The notes below the pieces were generated by a model. That model worked only from the letters and a program-made list of their open reading frames with translations. It made no database searches and was not told where the DNA came from. From Caldicoprobacterales bacterium (GTDB lineage Bacteria > Bacillota > Clostridia > Caldicoprobacterales > DTU083): a DNA stretch of 64,000 nt. Of the stretch, positions 56,331 to 64,000 are shown one piece after another (within the stretch, counting starts at the first letter, position 1; every line of letters begins with the position of its first letter). The position numbers and the translations under genes are program-made. The stretch covers positions 46,963 to 110,962 of the forward strand of contig JBMNJC010000014.1 of assembly GCA_050951465.1 (NCBI GenBank). Direction: 5' to 3'.

Positions 56331-57195
56331 ATGGCTGATTATCGGAATTCAAAGTGGGCTTCTGAAATTATTGAATTGCAAAAAGATGATGGCTCCTGGG
56401 GCTATTTTCACACGCTTAGCAACCCTTCCAAACGGAATCCAATAACAACTGAACAAGCCTTAAGAAGGCTCGAAATATTAGGGTACACAATAAATGACAA
56501 GCCAATAATTAAAGCAGTATCTTACATGCAAGATTGTTTAGCGGGGAAAAAGTCAATTCCTGATCGAAGGGAAAAACTGCATGACTGGGATATATTCACA
56601 GCACTTATGTTATCTACATGGATACGCAGATTTACAAAGAATGATTATAATGCAAATGATATTGCAAAAAAAATGGGCTGAGATAATCAGTCATGCATTT
56701 GAAAAGGGTGTATATGACAATAACCTATATGTTGATACGTATAAAAAAGTTCATGGGCTGCCGCCTAAGGGCGGACGCCTGCTGGATTTAGCAACTTTTT
56801 ATCAGGTTTCTTTAGTAACGGACTCATTAGACGACAAAACAGCATCAGCTTTTATGGATTATTTATTGCAGAATCAATCAGGTATTTATTATATCTATGG
56901 AAAGCAATTATCTATATTACCGCAAACATTTAAATCAAAAGAAGCAAGCAGGTACATTGCGGCTATTGAATTATTAGCAGAGTATAGAAACCCAGGATGT
57001 AAAGAAAAGCTTATGTTTGTAGTTGATTGGCTGGAAAGCAGCAAAGAACATGAAGGGTACTGGGACATGGGGACAACAGCAAAAGATGGAATTAGATTTC
57101 CTTTGTCTGATTCATGGCGCAAAAAAGAATTACGAGTAAAGGATTGTACATATAGGATATCAAAACTTATAAAAAAATTAGAGATTAGCGGGTAA
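56331..57195 (+). pseudogene. Frameshifted gene for an alpha/alpha-toroid (prenyltransferase/squalene-cyclase-repeat-like) protein
   Basis: The two track ORFs (56319-56681 and 56581-57195) join into one protein of about 291 aa if one A is removed from the A8 run at 56666-56673: ...NANDIAKK | WAEIISHAF.... QKDDGSWGYF and EGYWDMG repeats are present. Confidence 0.7.
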
Positions 57196-57367
57196 GGCTT
57201 CGAAGCGCGTACTGTATCACATAACAACGCATGCCCGCAAGATCGCGGCAGGAAAGGTTTTGGAGCTTATGCATCACACGATTTGTTAGAGTGGTTATCT
57301 TAAGGTCTGTATCACTTCACACTTATAAGATACTACGATGTAATACATTTGGTAATTGGAGTGATTA

Positions 57368-57961
57368 ATGATGGTTATTTTGATTGGTGGAGTTTCTTGC
57401 ACAGGGAAAACTCTTATGGCTCAAAAACTGCTGGAAAAATATAAAATTCCATATTTGTCTATAGATCATATAAAGATGGGATTGATTCGGGGAAGTAAAT
57501 ATTGTGATTTTTCTGCAACTGACGATGATAATAAACTTACATATAAACTATGGCCGATAGTAAAGGGAATAATAATGACTAATATTGAAAATGGGCAGCA
57601 CATTATTATTGAAGGGTGCTATTTACCTCCAGAGCATATTAATGATTTTGATTCTTTCTATTTAAGACATATAATTGCTTTATACATAGGCTTCTCCGAG
57701 CATTATCTTGATAAACATTTTAATTCAATTATTGAGCATAGAAGTGAGATAGAGCAAAAGGAATTTGATAGTCATTATATGAATAAAGACAATTTCATTA
57801 AACTTCATTCTCAAGTTAAAGAATGCTGCAAGAAGAATAATGTTAAGTTTTTTGAAATTAATGATAATTATCTAGAAGAAATGAACAATGTATATAAATG
57901 GATAGATGAACAAGTACAATTAAGAATGCAGCCGGCAGCATTGAAGCTGCCAACCGTTTAG
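57368..57961 (+). CDS. P-loop kinase-fold protein (2-phosphoglycerate-kinase-like / small-molecule kinase)
   Basis: 197 aa. Walker A is ILIGGVSCTGKT, followed by PYLSIDHIKMGLIRG. Confidence 0.75.
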   Translation: MMVILIGGVSCTGKTLMAQKLLEKYKIPYLSIDHIKMGLIRGSKYCDFSATDDDNKLTYKLWPIVKGIIMTNIENGQHIIIEGCYLPPEHINDFDSFYLRHIIALYIGFSEHYLDKHFNSIIEHRSEIEQKEFDSHYMNKDNFIKLHSQVKECCKKNNVKFFEINDNYLEEMNNVYKWIDEQVQLRMQPAALKLPTV

Positions 57962-58008
57962 TGCCATTGGCCGAGTGGATTATGAGCAAATCTACAGGGG
58001 TGTTTTAT

Positions 58009-58743
58009 ATGAATATTGAATTTGCTGAGGATGAGAAAACATTGACCTACATCATCACAGATTGTGATAAATACGGCGAAATTCTAAATAGCCAGTTCTA
58101 TTCACAACAGAACGGGCAGTATACTAAGAGTTTTCCGAAGGCAGAAATTGGGGACATCAAGGTATTGAAGCAAAATTATCTTAAATATGCAGAAAAAATG
58201 TTCCTGCAAATGGGGCGTTTTCAACACGTACCATGGCAAGCAGCGCTTTTGAGATTTATTGACAGTATTGAAGGTCACGATATAAGCTGGTGGTTGACTG
58301 GAAGCTGCGCATTATGTCTAAGGGGTATAAATGTAAAGCCTCATGATGTTGACATAATGCTTGATTCAAGTGATCTAGAGAAAGTAAGGGACATTTTTTC
58401 CCGGCACACAGTTGAACCGATAATGTCATCAAAAGGTTGGGTTGTCAGGTATTTCGGAGTGATTTTTCTGGAGGCGAGAATAGATTTGGCATTTGATCCG
58501 GAGGAATTTGTTGATATACCTTATCCAAGCGATTTTGGTCCATATGCGATGAAAAATTTAGAGAAAGTGAAATGGATGGGGAAAACAATTCGCATACCTC
58601 CCTTGGAGCTGCAGCTGGAAGTAAACAGAAGACGCGGCAGGAGTGATAGGGTGAAAGCCATCGAGGAATTTACAGCGAAGACAGGCTGCACCAATAATAG
58701 CGGCCGGCATAGCAACACTCACTTTTATGGAAAAAGGCAATAA
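58009..58743 (+). CDS. Nucleotidyltransferase-fold protein (ANT(2'')-like minimal NTase pattern)
   Basis: The ORF is open from 57961 (GTG, overlapping the kinase stop). ATG 57982 or 58009 are likelier starts. WWLTGSCALCLRGINVKPHDVDIML fits the G[SG]-x(9-13)-DxD NTase signature. Confidence 0.65.
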   Translation: MNIEFAEDEKTLTYIITDCDKYGEILNSQFYSQQNGQYTKSFPKAEIGDIKVLKQNYLKYAEKMFLQMGRFQHVPWQAALLRFIDSIEGHDISWWLTGSCALCLRGINVKPHDVDIMLDSSDLEKVRDIFSRHTVEPIMSSKGWVVRYFGVIFLEARIDLAFDPEEFVDIPYPSDFGPYAMKNLEKVKWMGKTIRIPPLELQLEVNRRRGRSDRVKAIEEFTAKTGCTNNSGRHSNTHFYGKRQ

Positions 58744-59103
58744 GTACGACCATGGACAAAGGATCGCGAATTTATCTAAAAATATCCGTAAAAATGTATT
58801 GCCTGATGATAATACTCGAGATGATATTCTAACCGTCTCTGCATGGTTTCACGACTGTATGCACAATCAAAAAGACCACTTGCATACGCCATTAACCATG
58901 GCATGAATATGAGAAAAGCGTGTGACTGGCTTCTCAACGAACGACCAAAAGAGGATCAGAAATTTTTATCTCTGCTGCATTTTGACTATTCAAAGAAGAT
59001 TTATAAAGAAAAAGCCCAGTTTTTATACAATTTCACAAAGCGCATGTCGATTGAGGTTGAAGGAAATATCTTTATAGAAGAAATGCAAGCTTGTTCAAAA
59101 TAG
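58727..59103 (+). pseudogene. Frameshifted HD-domain phosphohydrolase gene
   Basis: A 59-codon ORF (58727-58906), below the track cutoff, reads MEKGNKYDHGQRIANLSKNI...ILTVSAWFHDCMH, which is an H...HD pattern. The continuation lies in another frame (track ORF 58843-59103). Confidence 0.5.
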
Positions 59104-59256
59104 CTATAAATTAAATCATCAAAACTTTAGGAGGCAGAACTTGCGATGACTGTAAGTTCTAATGGATCAGGCAACTGGTAATGCATTGGTAAAATGAGGT
59201 AAACATGAAAGTGTTTCATATAATTGATAATGAGTATTGTATTTGGGGTGTTGTTT

Positions 59257-59967
59257 ATGAGGCTTGATATAAAAGCATTTAGTAAAGGTATGATATATCT
59301 ATCCATTCTCATCTTCATTATCATTGTGACAAGGATAAGCGTAACTGTCTTGAATAACCATAACTTGGCCAATACATTTACACCTAGCCCTAGTGAACCT
59401 TATCAGCAGCAGATGCCAATATCAGAGGAGGGTTTCATAGATGATTATATCTATAGACTATACTCCCCTTTTGCTGTTGCACCTATAGGCAGACCTAATA
59501 CTTTTGTACTAAATCAACCGATCAGTTATTTTTCAGCACCCGATGACAATCTGAAGCCTGCGATTACTTTAGAAGCAGGCAAAACGTACATTATTAATAC
59601 AAATGATAAAAATGATTACAAGTATGGTATTAAAAGTTGGCCTACATATAAGAAGGGATGGCGATATGTGATTCCCTTTGTTGAGGTAGGCGATGAGAAA
59701 TTAATTCCACAAGCTTATTATGTTAAGCTAAAGGACTTGATTCCTCCCCTAAAGTTAATAACTGGAGGACTCCGATATTTGCCTAAAGGGTACAATTATA
59801 GGAGGACTTTGCTGATTAATGACGAAATGCTATATAAAGAGGGATATTATCTGTCACCGGATTTGTATAATCCTATCATCGATGTTTGGAACATTACTCT
59901 TTTCATTGGTGCTCTTTGCTTAATCATAGTTCGGAAAATAGTCCGTATTAAAATAGGCGGCAAATAG
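59257..59967 (+). CDS. Hypothetical protein with an N-terminal anchor and a C-terminal TM helix
   Basis: Preferred start is ATG 59257 after GGGGTG. MRLDIKAFSKGMIYLSILIFIIIVT signal-anchor and C-terminal helix ITLFIGALCLIIV. Confidence 0.6.
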   Translation: MRLDIKAFSKGMIYLSILIFIIIVTRISVTVLNNHNLANTFTPSPSEPYQQQMPISEEGFIDDYIYRLYSPFAVAPIGRPNTFVLNQPISYFSAPDDNLKPAITLEAGKTYIINTNDKNDYKYGIKSWPTYKKGWRYVIPFVEVGDEKLIPQAYYVKLKDLIPPLKLITGGLRYLPKGYNYRRTLLINDEMLYKEGYYLSPDLYNPIIDVWNITLFIGALCLIIVRKIVRIKIGGK

Positions 59968-60072
59968 TTCTCTCCTGTATATACAATCGTGTCACATCAT
60001 TCTTATAATGTACATTAGTAGAATGCAACGAAGCATTGATAATGTATATAAGTAAAAACGGAGGGAACAATA

Positions 60073-60424
60073 ATGATTACAAAATTTCGAGGCATGAATA
60101 TTTCTTCAAAAGACCCCAAACGACTGGCTCTTTTTTATCGGGATGTGTTAGGTCTTACAATGTTGAACGAAGGCCCAGAATTATGATGGTGTGACATTTG
60201 GCAATGATAATGATGAGCCGGTTTTCTGGATATGGGATGAAAACAAGTGGGGCAAGTCAAATGAAGGATTAGTATGCCTTGTATTTGAGTGTGATGACCA
60301 TGATAAGACATATGAGGAGCTAAAACAAAAAGGCGTTTCCCTTGATCCTCCCAAAACTGCTGTATGGGGCGGGAAGGAACTCTACGTTAAAGACCCGGAT
60401 GGGAATACAATTTTGATTCTGTAG
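60073..60424 (+). pseudogene. Frameshifted VOC (glyoxalase/bleomycin-resistance fold) family gene
   Basis: ATG 60073 after GGAGGGA reads MITKFRGMNISSKDPKRLALFYRDVLGLTMLNEGPEL, then TGA at 60184. The +1 frame continues NYDGVTFGNDNDEPVFWIW...GKELYVKDPDGNTILIL (track ORF 60191-60424). Confidence 0.7.
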
Positions 60425-60460
60425 CCTTGATTTTTTCCTTATATGTCCTGTTGAGCAACA

Positions 60461-61084
60461 TTGTTGGAGATGCCAGATGTTATGCGAAATATATTAATGG
60501 GGGCAGGAGCAGTTAATAAAAACGATGAAATAAGAACATTGAGGGAAGAAATAACGAGACTAAAAATACGTTTAAGCGAATTAGATGACACAGCTGAGCC
60601 CACAAGTGCAGTTTGTGGTCATGATGTTGTTTTGGATCATCTCAGAAAATTAACAGAGCAGCATCATTTACAGGGCTTATGCCTATTAGCAGGAACCGAT
60701 TGCGAGCATGGCTGGTATACTACGAGTATCATACCAAACAATATAAAGGCCTTACTGGAAGATGGCAATACAGTCAGGACCTTCCTTTCGATATTTTGTC
60801 AGGAAGGTGTATGGGAAGCTTTATAATCAGCTTATCACGGTGAACTGGAAGCAGTGGCTGATAATACTATAAAATTCCTTAGAGAAAAGGGGATGGTTGA
60901 AGGAAATAGGCTGACACCTAATGGTTTTACTTGTTATGCGGTCTTGGGACATCTAGCTTATAACATGAATAAAAAACTTGATATAAAAAAGGCAATTGAA
61001 ATATCGAAGCTGGTATACGATTTAACAGGAATTTATTATGGCGAAGTTTTTAGAAAAGGATTTACCTGTTTCAGAAGTATTTGA
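60461..61084 (+). pseudogene. Hypothetical gene apparently interrupted by one in-frame TAA (or two adjacent small genes)
   Basis: Track ORFs 60461-60826 and 60854-61084 are in the same frame, separated only by TAA 60824-60826. GTG 60854 has no properly spaced SD. An alternative independent start is ATG 60893 after AAAGGGG. Confidence 0.4.
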
Positions 61085-61257
61085 TATAATAAGTACAGCG
61101 CATAATATTTAAAGCTTTGGCATCTTTGACGCTCTATTACGTGAGGTGCGATACATCACATAATATTGCATTTAAGCCGTCGGGCGTGGTTTGTAAAACA
61201 AAGCGCCTGCACCCTCACTTTCATGTGTGTTTGCATTCTCATCGGAAGGTGCTTGGT

Positions 61258-61464
61258 ATGAAAAATAGCAGAGTGAAAATATACACAGCAATATTACTAA
61301 TAACATTGGTATTTTGCTTGATCTTTTCTACGGCTGCATTCATGTGGGCTCACTGTGAATCTTATATATTATGTATTTTTAACCTATGCATATTTCTGCT
61401 TCTTTTTGGAATATGTTTTTTTCCATCTGCTGAAATAATTCTTACTACACATAAATTGGAATGA
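61258..61464 (+). CDS. Small two-TM membrane protein
   Basis: ATG 61258 after GGAAGGTG, 68 aa. The upstream part of track ORF 61117-61464 overlaps a structured non-coding stretch. Confidence 0.5.
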   Translation: MKNSRVKIYTAILLITLVFCLIFSTAAFMWAHCESYILCIFNLCIFLLLFGICFFPSAEIILTTHKLE

Positions 61465-61514
61465 GATCTGCCTTTACATTAAAATTATAATTATTATGTA
61501 AAGGAGATTTTTTT

Positions 61515-62189
61515 ATGAATAGAATAGCCTTAAAAGCTGGTTACATTTCTTCTGTAATTGGTATAGCGACTTTTGTCTTATATACTTTTTGTTTCATTGC
61601 AATTCTTGTTGTAAACCCTATATTCATATGGACAAACTTTGAAAACTATATTATGTCTGTACAGACAACAAACCAGATATTTAAGCATATAGCAATGTTT
61701 TTGATGATTGTCTACGGCGTATGTTTTTTAATCCAGGTTTGCAGCATAAGTGAAATTGCAGTTAAAGCGAAAAAGTATTTTGCAAAATTGGCTGAACTGT
61801 TTGGCATTGGTTTTTTAACTTTGATTAGTATTAATTATTTTGTACAGCTTACCACAGTAAGGATGCAAGTATATACAGGGCAAACGGACGGGCTTGAACA
61901 GTTTATTCAGGCTAACCCGGTTTCAGGAATGGCGGCAATAAATATGCTGGGGTGGACGATTTTCTTTGGATTGTCTTGCATTTTTGCCGGTTTAGCTCTT
62001 GGAAACACCAAAATTGAAAAGGTTATCAAATATGCATTCTTATCGAATGGGGTTATGATGTTTTTAGGTTTAATCGGATATTTATTTGATATATCCGTTG
62101 TTGTTTTTCTCTGCATGAATTTAGGAATGGGTTCAGCTATTCTTATAGCAACAATACCTTTGTGTTATTTATTTAAAAGAAGTTATTAA
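61515..62189 (+). CDS. Multi-pass membrane protein of unknown function
   Basis: 224 aa, AAGGAG SD, about 6 hydrophobic helices. Confidence 0.7.
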   Translation: MNRIALKAGYISSVIGIATFVLYTFCFIAILVVNPIFIWTNFENYIMSVQTTNQIFKHIAMFLMIVYGVCFLIQVCSISEIAVKAKKYFAKLAELFGIGFLTLISINYFVQLTTVRMQVYTGQTDGLEQFIQANPVSGMAAINMLGWTIFFGLSCIFAGLALGNTKIEKVIKYAFLSNGVMMFLGLIGYLFDISVVVFLCMNLGMGSAILIATIPLCYLFKRSY

Positions 62190-62349
62190 GGAAACATTTA
62201 TATAAGAATTCGTAAAAGATAACTTTATTAGAGTGTTAAATGATGCAGGAAACAGAAAGCAGCCGGCGAATTAGTTTATAACGTATAAGTGTTTCATAAA
62301 TACATAAGGATGAAAAGTGATAATATTAAAATACGGGGGTGTAAATATA

Positions 62350-63639
62350 ATGGGCGAATTTTTGGCGGGAGCTTCCAAGGAGGTCATTACCCCTAAAATA
62401 GGGGCAAAACTATATGGTTATAATCCTAATACAATAAGCACTTCTGTCAATGATGACCTGACTGTTACAGCCATTGCGGCAAAACAGGGAGATATTGCAG
62501 TAATATTCATATCGGCTTCTGTATGCATTATATCCAATGAATTATCATATGAAATAAGAACTGAAATTGCATCTCATACGAGTATTCCCAGTGAAAATAT
62601 TATCTTGTCCGCAACCCATACCCACTCTGGTCCGTGTACAAGCAACATGTTTGGATGGGGTGATATTGACAGGGAATATGTTGATGAAATATTTAAGCCT
62701 AAAATTATTCAGGCCGCAAAAGATGCTGTTTCAAAGATGAAACCCGCTCTTATGGGTGTTGGATGCATAAAAAGCAGAATCGGTATCAATCGACGTCAGA
62801 TAATGGCCGATAATACAGTAGCGCTTGGGCAGAACCCCTATGGTATCCATGATGACAATCTAACTGTAATAAGTTTCAAAGACTCAGGCGGTGCATCAAT
62901 AGCTAATATGATACACTACGGTGCCCATTGCACGGCAGCCGGGAATAATACTGAGATATCCCGGGACTGGGCAGGCGTAATGGAAGACAGACTGCAAAAC
63001 ATAAGCGGAGGTATAACTGCTTTCTTTAACGGTGCCGAAGGTGACTCTGGCCCAAGGCTTACTAACGGAAGGACCACCGGTGATATCCGGCTTGCGATGG
63101 AGCATGGCGGGCTTGCTGCTCATGAAGCTGTGGAAGCATACAGAAGCATCAAGGAATACAGCTCTCCGGATTTGAAAGCTGCATACGGGCAGGTAAGACT
63201 TCCCTGTGATGATATGATACCTTTGGAGGAAGCTCAGATAAAGCTTTCCATGTATAAAGATGAAAGCATAAACATAAACGGCAGAAGGCGTAAGTATTAT
63301 GAGTCCGTAGTTGAGGCATATAGTAAATCAGCGCCGGAAAACAAGGAACTGGTAATAGACCAGACTATTGTTAAAATAGGGCCTGTTGTATTTGTGCCAT
63401 TTCCATTTGAATACTTTTCTGAAATTTCCTTAAGGCTGCGTGAAAACAGCTTTTTCCCATATACCCTTGGTTTAGGAGTTACAAATGGTTCCTATGGCTA
63501 TCTGCCCACGGAAAGTGAGTTGTGCAGAGGGGGTTATGAGGTTGAGATGTTTCTTACAGGTTTTCTGAATCCCCTTAAAAAGGACACAGATAAAACCATA
63601 GTTTCTGAAAACATAAGGATTATGAGAAGTTTATTGTAA
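62350..63639 (+). CDS. Neutral/alkaline ceramidase N-terminal-domain-like hydrolase
   Basis: ATG 62350 after ACGGGGGTG. GASKEVITPKIGAKLYGY...DDLTVTAIA...LSATHTHSGP is the pattern remembered for this family. The function call is tentative. Confidence 0.65.
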   Translation: MGEFLAGASKEVITPKIGAKLYGYNPNTISTSVNDDLTVTAIAAKQGDIAVIFISASVCIISNELSYEIRTEIASHTSIPSENIILSATHTHSGPCTSNMFGWGDIDREYVDEIFKPKIIQAAKDAVSKMKPALMGVGCIKSRIGINRRQIMADNTVALGQNPYGIHDDNLTVISFKDSGGASIANMIHYGAHCTAAGNNTEISRDWAGVMEDRLQNISGGITAFFNGAEGDSGPRLTNGRTTGDIRLAMEHGGLAAHEAVEAYRSIKEYSSPDLKAAYGQVRLPCDDMIPLEEAQIKLSMYKDESININGRRRKYYESVVEAYSKSAPENKELVIDQTIVKIGPVVFVPFPFEYFSEISLRLRENSFFPYTLGLGVTNGSYGYLPTESELCRGGYEVEMFLTGFLNPLKKDTDKTIVSENIRIMRSLL

Positions 63640-63690
63640 TTGTTTCCGATAAGAATTTTCATAAGACATATATAATAAGGAGGGTTTTCA

Positions 63691-64000
63691 GTGTATAGAA
63701 TCGGTCAGGAAGAAATAGATGCCGTTGCCAGGGTAATCAATTCAGGACAGCTGTTCAGAATAGGTTCGGCATATAGCGAAGTTGATAATTTTGAGAAGGA
63801 ACTGGCGGAAAAATTATTTGTTAAATATACGCTGTTTGTGACAGGGGGAACTACAGCCCTTATTGCTGCACTAATCGGACTGGGCGTCGGCCCCGGTGAC
63901 GAAGTTATAGTACCTGCCTATACCTTTATGGCATCTGCTTTGGCTGTAACTGCAGTCGGCGCTGTTCCTGTCATAGCTGAGGTAGATGAAACCTTGATGA
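63691..64000 (+). CDS. DegT/DnrJ/EryC1/StrS family PLP aminotransferase (5' part, cut by the window end)
   Basis: GTG 63691 after AAGGAGGG. The typical N-terminus is present: EEIDAVARVINSGQL..., FEKELAEKL...VTGGTTALIAALIGLGVGPGDEVIVPAYTF. Confidence 0.85.
   Translation, partial: MYRIGQEEIDAVARVINSGQLFRIGSAYSEVDNFEKELAEKLFVKYTLFVTGGTTALIAALIGLGVGPGDEVIVPAYTFMASALAVTAVGAVPVIAEVDETLM

Noticed and set aside
57196-57260. Shared motif between two island spacers: ...GCGCGTACTGTATCACATAACAACGCAT... (57.2 kb) and ...GTGCGATACATCACATAATATTGCAT... (61.15 kb). This hinted at a repeated intergenic element.
   Set aside because: The exact identity is only a 9-mer plus GCAT. By a rough estimate, thousands of 9-mer coincidences are expected by chance in 64 kb of A+T-rich DNA. 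The flanking similarity needs gaps and is weak.
53250-62320. Integron-like cassette array (small promoter-less genes, all in one orientation).
   Set aside because: The spacers lack attC features (R''/R' boxes RYYYAAC...GTTRRRY and imperfect palindromes of conserved geometry). Several genes have their own SD and plausible promoters, and no intI gene is present.
1-64000. Search for rRNA, tRNA, CRISPR arrays, transposase/integrase genes and long tandem or inverted DNA repeats.
   Set aside because: Reading both strands showed no cloverleaf-like or rRNA-like stretches, no regularly spaced direct repeats and no recognisable recombinase motifs. Absence by eye is not proof; tRNAscan, CRISPR finders and IS finders should confirm it.

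Overview
This window looks like chromosomal DNA from a low-GC Gram-positive anaerobe, probably Clostridia. The evidence is strong GGAGG-type ribosome-binding sites, frequent GTG/TTG starts, addAB, yhaO-yhaN-yhaM, CtsR-type operators, a superoxide reductase and an RsfA-like regulator. All family names come from motif recognition by eye; no search tools were run.

Positions 1 to about 53.2 kb are densely coding core genome:
- Translation and stress: proS, tyrS, an hsp20, a superoxide reductase and a Zn-metallopeptidase.
- A eukaryote-type hexokinase next to a SemiSWEET-like 3-TM protein.
- An ECF sigma/anti-sigma pair behind a repeat-domain surface protein.
- A run of nucleic-acid-processing genes: radC, yhaO, yhaN, yhaM, helD, then addB and addA.
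- A TetR-controlled enoate-reductase-type flavoenzyme.
- Envelope genes: a polysaccharide deacetylase, signal peptidase I and queT.
- A predicted D-amino-acid salvage module: DSD1/D-threonine-aldolase-type PLP enzyme, D-aminoacylase, RidA and a MATE pump.
- A cytoplasmic carbohydrate-like trio: a DUF4838-like protein, a BadF-type sugar kinase and an unassignable 974-aa protein.

From about 53.3 to 62.3 kb the sequence becomes visibly more A+T-rich. This stretch holds about 14 small genes, all on the + strand, with no integrase, transposase or tRNA. Three of them need a +1 frame correction, and two possibly carry in-frame stops. A tightly packed P-loop kinase / nucleotidyltransferase-fold / HD-domain trio and a MazG-like gene sit here.

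No rRNA, tRNA, CRISPR array or recognisable mobile element was seen. The candidates I consider most worth follow-up are the 46.1-51.8 kb trio, the nucleotide-enzyme cluster in the AT-rich island, the D-amino-acid module, and two exact or near-exact CtsR operators on unexpected targets. None can be called a new system from sequence alone.
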